From assembly GCA_951406725.2 (NCBI GenBank), contig OX597832.1:620001-684000 (forward strand): DNA of 64,000 nt. The letters run 5' to 3'. Source of the stretch: Octopus vulgaris. Its lineage: Eukaryota. Under the pieces are notes generated by a model. It had not been told where the DNA came from and made no database searches. It worked only from the letters and a program-made list of their open reading frames with translations. The position numbers and the translations under genes were made by a program. The number at the start of each line of letters is the position of its first letter. Positions within the stretch are counted from its first letter, which is position 1. Below are positions 26,100-39,623 of the stretch, in pieces.

Positions 26100-26980
26100 C
26101 GGTTGTTATTGTCTTAGATGCGTCAAAAGGTGAAATCCAGTCTGTCATTCAGTCCTTTGCAACTGTAAGGGATGAAACGTACTTAATAGCTATGGCTTCA
26201 AAGTATCTGGAAAAACGGCCTATACATGTCAAGAGATACATTTTATTTTGAGGTGGCAGCAGAGGACCCTTCAATATCTATGAGGATATGTTGAAAATGA
26301 GTGTCATAGAGTAGCAAATGTGCCTAACGATACCTTGATGTGGTGGTGAACCTCAACTTTTTGGCAGGATATGCAATGCCGTACGAATATCATCCTTCCT
26401 GCTTCACCATACAAAACGGGTCGAAATCACCTTTGCTGTTGCCGAAATACCAGGAGGAAATATATTATGAAGGGCTGAAAAGCCACATCGTTCACGGTTT
26501 CCAGAACATAAGGTCTAGAAAATCCAGTAGAATCATCACAGCATATTTGTGAAACAAAAATGTAGTGGTAATAGAGGAAATTCTCGCGAAGTCGACTCTA
26601 AATTTCGGAGTTGCAATAATCCTTCGTTGTCTTTCTGATCTGATGCAATTTCTTCCAAATTAATAATATCAGCAGAACGCAAGCATTGATATAAATACGG
26701 AATAATGCATCTGCTTCAATATTTTCAGCACCCTTGACATGACGAATATCCACAGTAAACTGGTTAACGTTTTATGATCATTATAAATTGTGAAAGTGCT
26801 TCCTTCCAAGAAAGGGCGAAACTGAGTTACTGACAAATAAGTTACTCCTGCCCAAAAGTACTATATCTCGTTTCGGCTGACTTGAGACGCTTCGGAAAAA
26901 AATAGAAAAAAAGAGATTGCCAGTAATTTTGGACAAACTGTTGCGGTACACCACTGACTCATATGTTAGATGCATCTAGT
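26100..26980 (-). mobile_element. Gypsy/Ty3 pol relic (RNase H end and integrase start)
   Basis: Manual minus-strand translation: FTVDIRHVKGAENIEADAL (26703-26759); FVRHCISCQK; HILIDIEG; YLLTCIGRFSRYFEAI. Confidence 0.75.
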
Positions 26981-27252
26981 ATTTGTGCGTCTGATGAGTT
27001 AGCTAGGTAGCTTTAGTTAATTTTTATTTAATGTTGTTAATAGACTAATTCTGTTGGAGTTAAAGAAATAGATTTCATTTTTTTGTTTACAATTACGTAA
27101 TTATTCCGTTAGTGGACACATAGCCTCTGTTCAGTGCGAAATAAATGGTCTATAGAAGTTAATATGACCGAGTAATTCTTTCAACTTCCTCAATGATGTA
27201 CGAACAAGGATATTTATAGTTGTATGTATATATGTATGCACATATATGATTA

Positions 27253-27292
<40 letters not shown>

Positions 27293-27329
27293 TACACACT
27301 TACACACATATATATATACATATATATAT

Positions 27330-27375
<46 letters not shown>

Positions 27376-28546
27376 AAAATAAATATAAGAGAGTGGTCAC
27401 TCACTCACACATACATATATTTGAATGTTTATTTGTGCCTATTCATAAATATGAGCGTATATATGTGCATATAAGTCTACACACACACACACACACACAC
27501 ATACACACACACACACACACATACACACATACTGACACCCCACACACACATGTACAATCTGTCGCATGATCAGGCCGCTGGAGACAATCCTTCCGAGATG
27601 AAAAACAAAACCTGCAAAAAGAGGAATGGACACAGTACCATCAACAGTCGTTCCACAGCTGTGAGTGAAAGCCCACTAGTCTTTGTTTAAACATTTCTCA
27701 GTTTCTTGGAATGATGTTGGCTAGTTGTAACGCATGCTTTGTTAGAAAGTGGGATTGACCCTGTGCAAAACTTTTCCTCAGCTTAAAAAGCTTCCAGCAC
27801 AGGCATCGCTCGATTATTAGCATCTTGTTGCAGATTATGGTTCGCTTTTGCCGAAATGGACAAAATACTCAAAGAAAAGTTCCATGATAAAAAGATGGTA
27901 TGTGTCAGCGTAGTAGTAACTCTCTGAACACCTGCTGCAAGAAGCGTCCACAATTTCCACATCTGTACAAGAGTGTAGGTCACTAGAAGAGTGAAAAGTC
28001 ACATCCGTGTTGCCTTAAAGTGAAAGCAATGCTCGAAAAACAAGTTGCAGTCATAGCATAAAAATTTATATATGTATGTATTTATGTATGCATTTATGCA
28101 TGGATGTATGTATTATGTATGTATGTGTATGTGACTATATAAATACATGCATGCGCATGTGTGTGTGATTACTGGTGACAGAAACAGTACTAATACCAAA
28201 AGCAATCCAGCTTAACACGAATATTTTGTTTACAAAGCCGAATACTGTGGTATTCACCTTGAGAGGGCCTCGCATAAAGACGTTAAGTTGGATATAAAGA
28301 TTGCATTTTGGTATTAATACTTCTGTCGCGAATAATCATTTCTAATAAGCCTCCTAACCAACTGCAACATCGGTGCCTTAAAAGTCACTGTACTTCTATT
28401 TATCAATGGCTTAGGGCTTTGAGAAATGGGTGGTATGCAGCGATCGGTTATCAATCACTGATAGAGGCAGTACGTTGAAATTAAGTGGTCTAACAGTTCC
28501 ACCGCACATAGCGAAGACTCGTGTCTGCTAACGACACACACACATA

Positions 28547-29507
<961 letters not shown>

Positions 29508-29522
29508 TATATATATATATAA

Positions 29523-29573
<51 letters not shown>

Positions 29574-29584
29574 AATATACACAT

Positions 29585-29623
<39 letters not shown>

Positions 29624-29785
29624 AAATGAGAAAATGGAGAAATATATCTAAATCAATCATCAACCATCAGATAATACCCAATCAATACTTTATTAAACCA
29701 TTACACAATAACAATCATATTATACATTAATATAGTACAAATATAACAAGACATAGAAATAGAAATAGAAATACATTTACATTGT

Positions 29786-29900
29786 AGCTGACAGCTGTTT
29801 CGGCCGTGAAGACAGGTATGTCCCATTTAACCTATTAGCCATATAAAGCAGGTATAAATGAGACATTGACAAGAATATCTCACGGCCTCTTCAGAGAATT
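29786..29900 (-). ncRNA. Type-I hammerhead with a long stem-II insert, in a solo pLTR
   Basis: CT-CTGAAGA-GGCCGTGA...(~70 nt)...TCACGGCC-GAAA-CAGCTG-TC-AG; stem I is short. Confidence 0.75.
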
Positions 29901-30205
29901 TAATGCAAGTATGAAAAAATGTTTACATATAAATACAAATATGTGTGCATACACACTCATATTCTTACATATATATATATACACAATAATACAATATAAA
30001 CAATATAGATCAATATACATCAACAAACACAATAATGTTCAATATTGAACTCCACAGTTCCATAACCAACATCAAGAAACCACAAACATGTACACTCACA
30101 TTTAAAGCAGGCATATATATTGAACAGTCCAATATATTAAAATGTGTGATTACACAAAAAGTCAATAAAATTAATCATGGAGGGTTGAATTTACAACCCC
30201 TATCT

Positions 30206-30253
<48 letters not shown>

Positions 30254-30831
30254 AGAGAGAGAGGACAGACAGACAGACAGACAGAAATATACAATACAAA
30301 TACGTATTTGTGTGAGTTTGTCTTTGTGTGTATATGCGCGTGCGCATTTGATTTTATTTACCATAGGTCTATATAAGAGCACCAATAAAGGCGAATACCG
30401 CAGTATTCCACGTTCTAACAAAATCCCCACGTTAAGCAGGATATAAATACTGCCTTTTGTATTAATACTGCTTGTCACTCTTGATCATTTTTCAATAAAC
30501 ATGCTGGCTAAATATGACATCAATGTCTAAAAAGTTACTGTAATTTTAGTCATCGTTGGCAGTGAGATTTGGCTGGTATGCAGTGACCTGGCACCGGTCA
30601 CTGTAGTGAGGCATTACGTTGAGATCATGTGAACTGGCAGTTCCGGCGCCTAAAGTGAACGATTCTTGTCCGCTAATAGTCCACTAATGAGATCCAGAGA
30701 TTCTCACCATTCCCCACCCCATAATCCCACCGACCATCCTATTTCTCCCCTCTAATACAGCAAGCTCTCCACATTTAATCTTTCCATCTCTGAACTTCTC
30801 AGCATTAACATCTGAAATGTAAAATCTTCTC

Positions 30832-30953
30832 TATCCTGATGACGGAGGCTCGTTTTATCCAATGCGGATTGCATCCATTACAGCTGCATATTGTGATGAA
30901 CTACATCTGCCAACATTATCATGAATATCCGAGCCCCAGAAACAGCTGTTGGA
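30832..30953 (+). ncRNA. Type-I hammerhead-like motif with a long stem-II insert
   Basis: CTGATGA (30836)-CGGAGGCTCG...CGAGCCCCA-GAAA-CAGCTG-TT-GGA; weak stem I. Confidence 0.6.
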
Positions 30954-31019
30954 CTTATAACACCTTTTTCTCGCTCCTTTAATATTTTCTCTATCATTTC
31001 TACTCTGTGTAAGTTGGAT

Positions 31020-31441
31020 CTATTATTCTTTTACTTGTTTCAGTCATTTGACTGCGGCTATGCTGGAGCACCGTCTTCAGTCGAACAAATCGACCCCAGA
31101 ACTTATTCTTCATAAGTCAAATACTTATACTATCGGTCTCTTTTGCGGAACCGCTAACTTACTACGGGGACGTAAACACGCCAATATCGGTTGTCAAGTG
31201 ATGGTGGTGGGGCAAAACCAGACACCCACACAAATACACACACACTCACACACACACACACATATATATATATATACGACGGGCTTCTTTCAGTTTTCCT
31301 CGACCAAATCCATTCACAAGACTTTGGTCGGATGGAGGCTATAGTAGAAAATACTTACCCAAGGTGCCACGCAGTGGGACTGAACCCGGAACCATGTGGT
31401 TGGGAAGTAAGCGTCTTACCTCACAGCTACTCCTGCGCCTA
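31020..31441 (-). mobile_element. SINE family A, full length
   Basis: Reverse complement of the 6496-6912 architecture. Confidence 0.88.
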
Positions 31442-31665
31442 TATTAATAAAAATATCTATATATTCATAGTTAACTATTCATTGTCTGGAAGTCCTCACC
31501 TTTTTACTTTCACTCATTTTGCATGTATACATATATATATATTTTATATTTCATACCCAAACTATTATATCTAATATATCTAATTTGTTTATCTGCATAA
31601 TTTTCTTTTCTCTCTCTCCCACTCACTCTCTTTTTCTCTTACTCACTCACTCACTCACTCACTCA

Positions 31666-31706
<41 letters not shown>

Positions 31707-31860
31707 GTATATATGTATCTGAGTGTGGGTGTTTTTGCACGCGCGCTTTTATGCACCATGCGTCTATATGAGAAAACCTCTCAAGGTAAATGCCGCCGTA
31801 TTCGGCATTCTAACAAAACATCCATGTTCAGATAGATATAAAGATTGCATTTTTCATATA

Positions 31861-32462
31861 TCTTACTATGATGAGCGTTATGTCCGTCTGTCTGTTCCTT
31901 CTTCACCGTCAAACAGCTGGACCAATGATCACGATGTTTTTCGAGATTACGAAGTAAGTAATCAGGAAGGTTTTTAGTAAATAAAATGTGAAAAAGTATG
32001 ATTATTTAGTTGATATTGAGTTTTGTATTAGGGAATTACCTTTGATTTTTTTTTCTTTTGTTAAAATTACGGTGACGTGGATTAACTCGTACTGTTCGTG
32101 AATTCAGAGGGTTTAAATTTGCGATAGTATCCCTTTATTTCCCATCGCTGATGGGCAAATTTGCTATCTTACTATAATGGGCATTATGTCCGTCTGTCTT
32201 TCCGTCTGTCCGTCTCTTTGTCTGTTTCCTCTTCATGGCTAGACGGCTGTGCCAATGGTTGCGATATTTTTCGGGATTACAAAGACGGTCGTCAGGAAGG
32301 TTTTTAAGCTTTAAAAAATCAGATTGTATGATTATTTCGTGGATATCGATTTTTGAATTAACAAACCACATTCGCATTTTTATTAAAAATAACTGTGGAT
32401 TTTCATCATATAGTTCGTGGCCCCATCGTAGATACGAAGGGGGTCGAGAGGACGGTTAATAG
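31861..32462 (+). mobile_element. Two tandem short non-autonomous Helitron-like units (31861-32166; 32167-~32462)
   Basis: Each starts A|TCTTACTAT and has a (GTCY)n tract followed by ACGGCTG/ACAGCTGGACC. 3' hairpins CCCATC(gct)GATGGG plus CTA, and CCCC...GGGG. Confidence 0.6.
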
Positions 32463-32679
32463 CGAAAATAAAAAGGAAAAAGTGTGTGTCCGTATATAGG
32501 GTGTGTGATTATTCGAGCAGCTGTTGTTTACATCTCAGTTTTGTCAATCAAAACAATCCATGGTACCAGAACATTCAAACATTATACGCATAGAACAGTG
32601 AGAGGTAAGTCTTAGCATTCACAGCTAACAAGACACAGGGCCAGACTTTATATCATGTAGGTGTATTTTCACCACTCCG

Positions 32680-34792
32680 ATTCTGGGAATGCAATCTGTT
32701 GTCGATGCAGTGTGCATCTACGTCTGAGTGATAGTCCCGTGGATCCCACGTAGTCTTGGTGGCAGCCCGAGCATTTTATGACATAAATTATGTTTTCAGA
32801 GGCACAAGTAAAATTAGATTTGATCTTGAATTTCTGTCCCTCTTTGAAGAGGAATTCTGATCCTTCTAGCAGGTTTGGACATGTTGCACAGTTCGGTCTG
32901 CCACATTTTTTTACTTTTGCATCCGTAATTTCAGAAAACAATTTTGCCTTTGTGAGAATCTTTTTAAGGTTGTTTGTAGCTTTTAATGATTTGGTGTATG
33001 TTTAGAATTTCCTTTAATTTGGGGTCCTTATGAAGTATTGGTAAATTCTGGGTGATGATGGTGAAGGCTTCTTTGTTTCTGGGGTTGTATGTGGATATGT
33101 AAGGTAGTATTTTCGGGGAAGGTGTGTTGTTGTGTTGAACTTTTCTTAAAGTTTCTATGTTGATTTCTGTTGCACGTCTGATCCCATCCTCTATGAGTTG
33201 AGCTGGGTAATGTCTGTCAATTAGGGTGTTTTTGAGTTCTTGCAGTCTAAAGTTCCTGGTATTTTGTTCTGACACTATTGTGCATATCCTTCTTGCAAGG
33301 TTGAAGGGGATGTTTGTTTTAGTGTGTCTTGGGTGGCATGAATTAAAAAGAAGGTATTGTTTGGCGTATGTGGCTTTGTAAAAAATGTCTGTTTCTATTT
33401 TAAGGTTAATTTTTTTAATTAGTATATCCAAGAATGGGTGCTCCTTTTCGTTGTATTCCATTGTGAACTGTATATTTGGGTTTATGCTGTTCAATAGGTT
33501 TTTAAATTTTAGGAGTTTATCTGTGTTTTCATTCCAGAGTATAAAACAATCGTCCAGGAATCGTTTCCAATTCTCTTTTATGTATTGAGAGAGGGGGTTT
33601 CCAAAGATTGATAAAGATTCCTGGTAAATGATTATTTCCAGGTAGCCCATTGTTAGATTCGCAATGACTGGTGCTGCCCTTGTACCCATAGCAATTCCGG
33701 ATTTTTGACGGTAAAATGTATTGTCAAACATGAAGTGGTTATTATGTAGGATGAATTCAATTGATTTAGTAATGAATTCTTTACTGATCCTTTTTGGTAT
33801 TTCTTCCGGAAATTGGTCCAGCCAGAACTGTATTGCCTCTAATCCATAATTATGAGGTATACTGGTATATAAGTTAACTACATCAAATGAAACCATGATT
33901 GTTTCTCCCTTGGCATTTTTTGGAAGGTGGTTTAACATACACCAAATCATTAAAAGCTACAAACAACCTAAATCACTTAAAAAGATTCTCACAAAGGCAA
34001 AATTGTTTTCTGAAATTACGGATGCAAAAGTAAAAAAATGTGGTAGACCGAACTGTGCAACATGTCCAAACCTGCTAGAAGGATCAGAATTCCTCTTCAA
34101 AGAGGGACAGAAATTCAAGATCAAATCTAATTTTACTTATGCCTCTGAAAACATAATTTATGTCATAAAATGCTCCGGCTGCCACCAAGACTACGTGGGA
34201 TCCACGGGACTTTCACTCAGACGTAGATGCACATTGCATCGACAACAGATTGCATTCCCAGAATACAGAATGATACCTTTTAGTGAGCACATTAAGAAAT
34301 GCGCAAAGCAACTACTACCACAATTTTTAATCTTTCCATTTTACCAATGTGCTATCGGAACACCAACACAAATTAGACTAAACAAGGAAACATTCTTCAT
34401 TGAAAAGTACAAGCCCAGACTTAACCATTCCAACATACTTATACAGAGAAATTCACTCCAAAGGAAAGGCAAAAAAATTTAAGCGATTATCTCCCTTACA
34501 CCGGAAGAAATCACTTATTACCACCCCTTATCTAGAACTCTTCTCAACATAAACATAACGATAACTCTTCTCAACGTAAACATAACGATGTAAGAAATTT
34601 GAAAAGCTGAACGCGAAACCGGTCATTTCTTCTAAATTATGTCATTGTAAGAAAAAAAATTTATAACATTCTTCAGACATATTGACTCAAATATATATTT
34701 TTTAACCTTTTAAAACAAGCCTTCTGTAGTTTTTTCACTTTTTACTATTTTCTAAATATTCAACCACGTGGTTTCACAAACCGACTTTCTCA

Positions 34793-34795
<3 letters not shown>
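32680..34795. mobile_element. Neptune-like PLE with 5' inversion: RT segment on minus (33933-32680), Zn-linker/GIY-YIG plus pLTR on plus (33934-34795)
   Basis: SFDVVNLYTSIP, GIAMGTRAAPVIANL, RFLDDCF, PFLDI; CGRPNCATC; NIIYVIKC...YVGST. The ~330 bp at 32680-33003 duplicates 33934-34264 in reverse. Confidence 0.92.
34592..34631 (+). ncRNA. Minimal hammerhead, U3-A8 core, downstream of the GIY-YIG ORF
   Basis: AAGAAAT-TTGAAAA-GC(tgaac)GC-GAAA-CCGG-TC-ATTTCTT; perfect 7-bp stem I, GUC site. Confidence 0.8.
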
Positions 34796-34826
<31 letters not shown>

Positions 34827-34827
<1 letters not shown>

Positions 34828-35618
34828 TAGCAGCATAGCCCGGCGTTGCCCGGGTATGTAAGAGCCCCTAGTAGGCAACGACTAATCCCAATCTAGTCCT
34901 TTCCCTCTAGGGAACGAAGGCGCATGTGTAGGTTGCAATGTCTTCTCCTCACTCCCAAATAACTATCAAACAGCTATCGATAATTCAACCCAACCAATTC
35001 CTACAAGGAAGAAATTACATTCGAGACTTTACCCCCAACACCGCCACTTCTGCTAATAGCTGCTGCTGCCGCAAGTTATTCGAATAATTCTTTTGTTTAC
35101 ACTTTCTTTATAACTACCACCGCAAACGTTTTACCTTAAATTTTTGACGTACCCTAAGGGTTCTTGAACGCTACTTGCAAACTCTTGGTTTATTATAAAC
35201 CGCTTTTGCCGTGTGCACCAAAAAACCTTTTCCATTCGTTTTTTCAGTTTGGTCACTTTTGACTTTTTCGTTGTTGTCACTCACATTGCTGCCCGCTTTT
35301 TTGCCGTTTTTGTACATTTTTATACATTTTGGGATACTTACCCCACGTGTTCCGAGAGTTAAAAAGGTCGAGTTGCGTCCCCTAGACAGTCTGTAGAAAA
35401 TGTGTTGCATATAAAAAGCTTAGATTCTCGACCCATGTCGAATTTATCGATTTTTTTTCAGAACTGGGGGAACTTTTCAAAATTTTCGCTGCGTTAGTTT
35501 TGAATTATGACATTGGGCTATGTGTGTGTCAAGTTTCATCGGAATCGGTAGAAAGCCGTGGTCAGGGTGAGGGTACAACCTGACAGACACACAGACACAC
35601 AGACAGACAAACTGCCGT

Positions 35619-35630
<12 letters not shown>
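34827..35630 (-). mobile_element. Non-autonomous Helitron
   Basis: Minus-strand 3' end CCCGGGCAACGCCGGG-CTATGCTG-CTAG|T; the 5' end has (GTCT)n next to a TA run. Confidence 0.85.
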
Positions 35631-35710
<80 letters not shown>

Positions 35711-35712
<2 letters not shown>

Positions 35713-36016
35713 AGGCGCAATGGCAAAGTGGTTAGGCAGCGGACTCGTGGTCGGAGGATCGCGGTTTCGATTCCCAGACCAGGCCTTGTGAGTGTTTATT
35801 GAGCGAAAACACCTAAAGCTCCAGGAGGCTCCGGCAAGGGATGGTGGCGATTCCTGCTGTACTCTTTCGCCACAACTTTCTCTCACTCTTCTGTTGGCCT
35901 GCTCGCTTAGCCAGCGGGGTGGCGTCATTTGAAGGCTAAAACAATGCGAAGCACATTGTGACCAGCGATGTGTAGAAACATCTGATAGCCTGGTCGGTCA
36001 CGGTGATCACGGTGAT
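35711..36016 (+). mobile_element. tRNA-derived SINE (fourth family)
   Basis: GGAGGCGCAATGGCAAAGTGGTTAGG (A-box), GGTTTCGATTCCC (B-box), tail (TCACGGTGA)x2. Confidence 0.8.
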
Positions 36017-36049
36017 ATATATATATATATACATACATACATACATACA

Positions 36050-39000
36050 TATTTATGTTTATGTTTATGTTTTCCAGTTTCAGCTCTTGAGCTGTGGCCA
36101 TGCTGGGGCACCGCCATTTGGTGTTGCTACATGATTTTACCTAACGAATGCTTTTTAGCAACTGCTATTTGGTGCATGAGAGAGTTTGATGCAGCTGCCC
36201 TCATCTGCACCTCCTGCCGTGAAGTTGGTTCATCTGGGACACCTGACAGGAAGAGATCCAGTCCTACTTTAAAGACATCCGCATCCACCACATGCAGGTC
36301 TCTCAGGTTCTTCGGGAGAATATTGAAGAGCTGTGGACCTCTGAAGCCCAGGCTATCACAGTATCTTGTCCTACATCTTGATGGCAAATTTGGAGTCCTT
36401 GGCACCACGCAGTGGCGCCCAGTTCTGGCATTTGTGTAACTCTCGATGCCAAAGTTTGGGACAATTCCTTCCAGGATCTTCCAGATGTATATTATGGCAT
36501 ATCTTTCTCGCCTACGCTCCAAGGAATAGAGTTTTAATCTCTTGAGTCTTTCCCAGTATCTTATATGCTGCACAGAGGCTATCTTCTTCGTGTAGCTTCG
36601 TTGGATCGCCTCAAGTTCTGTGATCAACTTGACACTGGATGGTGACCATAGCTGAGAGCAATAGTCAAGGTGGCTTAGGACAAGTGTCTTCCAGAGGACC
36701 ATCATGGTTTCTTGTTCTCTTGTTCTAAAGGTTCTAAGAATCCATCCGGCCAGCCGTCTACATTTCATTGCTAATTTAGCAACATGTACATGAAAGGTTG
36801 CGTCATCGCTCATGTAAATACCCAGGTCACGCACCGATTGTGCCTCTGGGATTGCAATCCCTCCGGGTCCAGTGTATTCATTAGGTATTGCATTCAGTTT
36901 TGCATGCTGATAGCATAAAGCTTGAAACTTTTCAGCATTGAACTGCATGCTATTCTTTTCAGCCCACTTGTATATTTTGTCCAGCTCACATTGCAGGTGC
37001 TTAGTGTCTTCAGGGTTCTGTATTGCCTGTGAAACTTTTGTATCATCTGCATAACTTGTGATCGTGGCTCTCTGCGTGTCTGAGGGCATGTCTGAGAGGG
37101 CCATTATGAACAGTAGTGGTCCCAAAACAGTGCCCTGCGGAACACCGCTCACTATTTGCGTGTTAATGGAAGTTGCCCCATTGGCTACTACCACCTGACT
37201 TCTATCCTTCAGAAAGTCATGAAGCCATTCTCCCAATTTTCCAACTATGCCAAGATCACGCAGTTTGTGACATATCATTCCATGATCGACTTTATCAAAG
37301 GCCTTTTCAAAGTCGAGATATATCACTTCCACATTTGAGTGGTTGAGCAGTCGTTTCAGCACCCAATCATAGTGTTGTAGGAGCTGAGTTAAGCAGCTAC
37401 TTCCTGGTCGGAAACCATGTTGGGTGTCAGGCAGCAAGTCATTTTCTTCAAGGAAGGTGATTAGTTTCCTTCTGACTATTCGTTCCATGACCTTGCTGAT
37501 GTGTGAGGTCAGAGAGATAGGTCTGTAGTTCTTGGCCTCCGCTTTGCTACCTCCTTTATGAATAGGGCATATTTTACCTTCCTTCAGTTTTCTTGGAAGT
37601 TTGCCAGTTGCAAGGAAGCTCTGAAAGAGAAACTGCAGTGGTCTTGCTAGTACTCTCTTACATACTTTTACAAGGATTGCCGGGAATCCATCGGAGCCAG
37701 TAGCTGAGTTTGTTTTCATCTCATCTATAGCCTTTATTACATCGTCTTCCTTTATATTGATGTAATCAATCATCGCCGCCTCTGACCCCATATCTGCAGT
37801 GGTGAAGAAGTCAGTTGGATTGCTGATTTGGAAATGCCCAAGGGGTGGGGTGAAAACACTCTTGAATTGCTCATTTAGTATTTCACTTACCCTCATTGGA
37901 TTTCCTGTGAGTGTGCCATCCCTTTCAAGTAGTGGCCCTATCCTACAGTGCACCGTAGCTGTTTCTTTGGCATACCTGTAGAAAGCTCTGGGGTTAGATT
38001 TTATGTTGTCTATAGCCCAGGCTTCTTTGTCTGCTTTCCTTTTCATGGGAGAGTTGCAGACATTTTTCAATTTCCAACAGTTTTATTTTTAGGCGGGACT
38101 TTTTACTGTTTTCAATTTGTTTGTTTAGGCGATTTGAGATTTTTGTACGCCGTCTCATTAGAATTTTCCTCTCTCTGGGGATTTTGTTCTTGTGTACAGT
38201 GGCCTTTCTCTCTGGGACACATTTGTAGCATATGGTTTGCATTACAGACATGAATTGTTGAAGTTTCATGTCGATGTCTGGCGAGGAGAGACATTCAGGC
38301 CAGTTTTGTTTGAGGATCTCTTTCTCAATTTGTTTCCAGTTTGCCTTATTGAAGTTCAAGCTGGAAAGATTCTGAGAGTTTCTTGTAGGCTGCATGTCCA
38401 TGCTTTCCTTTGGCCCGTACATGGTCAGCTCTACCATGTTGTGATCCGAGAGTAGTGTCGGTGTCACTTTCACATTATGGATGAGATCCATATTATTTGT
38501 GAAGCAGAGATCCAGTGTGTTACCTGCCCTGGTTGGTTGGAGTATTACTTGCTCCATGTACAGGGTGTTGATGAGGTTCAGGAGGGACCTCGCCTGTCCT
38601 TGTTCACATCGTGTCATTCCTGGGAGAGAAAGGCCCTCGGGCCATCTGACATTGGGTAGATTGAAGTCTCCCATGAGAAGTACACTTATGTGTTGTTCTA
38701 GTGTGACTAGAACTTCTATTTTTATAAGGCAGTCTTCAAACTTGCCTATATGGCTTGGGGCATCTGGAAGGCGATATGTAGCACACACAACTACACCAAG
38801 TTGCCTTACATGTACAATTAGTGTGTCACACACCGAGTTTGAGTATGACAAAAGGACCTGGGGTGTGAGGTCCTCACGGATGTACATAGCAACTCCTCCA
38901 TGACTCCTTTCTTTTCTGTCGGTCCGTAGTACAACATACTGTGGTATGTGTAATTCCGCATCCGCTATGTCCGGTTTCATGTGTGTTTCCGTAAGTGCTA

Positions 39001-39570
39001 TGCATAAGGCTTGATTGCATGCAACAAAGTCTCTCAAGAACGGGATTTTTGTCCTGTTACTGTGTGTTAGCAGTTCTCTGATGCTCAGTAGGAGCATCGA
39101 GGTGAGGTGTATGCTGTTGCCGGCGGTGTCCACCTTGGGTCTATTTGCTGTGGTGGTCTTGTGAATTGTGGATGGTCCCATCTGCGGGCTTGAGTTTGAT
39201 GGAGCCAGGTTAGCTGCTGTACAATCTTTTGTGCCATGAACAAAAAAGATTCTTGTTTAGCAGCTGCCCTTTCAACAGCACGTTGGCAATTTGTGGCACG
39301 CACCACATCTGCGTACCTCCGTTTTGGGGCAGGTGGTGCGTGGTCCATTCCTTTTCCTTTAGGTAGTTGGTTTCTGACCTGTTTCGAGTTTATGTGGCAG
39401 GGTCTTCGATGTGCAAAACGGCAGTCTGCACCTTCCTCTCCATGTCAGCAGACACCTTTCATGTAGAATTTACATATTCGTGTGCTCTGTCTGTTTCTAT
39501 CCTTTTTGGTACATGGATAGTTAGGTTTGCTTCTATCCTTGGCTGTTTCATCTTTTGGTTTTGCATATTT
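36050..39570 (-). mobile_element. CR1/Jockey-group LINE, near intact: partial ORF1 (CCCH), APE-RT ORF2 with one frameshift at ~38040, 3' UTR and (CATAAA)n tail
   Basis: APE: IALTETH, GGVAMYI, MGDFNLP, TLDLCFTN, SDHN. RT: NYRPISLTS, QHGFRPG, YLDFEKAFDKV, GVPQGTVLGPLLF, YADD, RDLG. Confidence 0.93.
36127..38070 (-). CDS. LINE reverse transcriptase (C-terminal part of ORF2, 647 aa open)
   Basis: All non-LTR RT motifs present, including YADD; frameshifted from the APE ORF 37994-39181. Confidence 0.85.
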   Translation of the reverse strand: MKNVCNSPMKRKADKEAWAIDNIKSNPRAFYRYAKETATVHCRIGPLLERDGTLTGNPMRVSEILNEQFKSVFTPPLGHFQISNPTDFFTTADMGSEAAMIDYINIKEDDVIKAIDEMKTNSATGSDGFPAILVKVCKRVLARPLQFLFQSFLATGKLPRKLKEGKICPIHKGGSKAEAKNYRPISLTSHISKVMERIVRRKLITFLEENDLLPDTQHGFRPGSSCLTQLLQHYDWVLKRLLNHSNVEVIYLDFEKAFDKVDHGMICHKLRDLGIVGKLGEWLHDFLKDRSQVVVANGATSINTQIVSGVPQGTVLGPLLFIMALSDMPSDTQRATITSYADDTKVSQAIQNPEDTKHLQCELDKIYKWAEKNSMQFNAEKFQALCYQHAKLNAIPNEYTGPGGIAIPEAQSVRDLGIYMSDDATFHVHVAKLAMKCRRLAGWILRTFRTREQETMMVLWKTLVLSHLDYCSQLWSPSSVKLITELEAIQRSYTKKIASVQHIRYWERLKRLKLYSLERRRERYAIIYIWKILEGIVPNFGIESYTNARTGRHCVVPRTPNLPSRCRTRYCDSLGFRGPQLFNILPKNLRDLHVVDADVFKVGLDLFLSGVPDEPTSRQEVQMRAAASNSLMHQIAVAKKHSLGKIM

Positions 39571-39574
39571 ATAC

Positions 39575-39619
<45 letters not shown>

Positions 39620-39623
39620 CATA

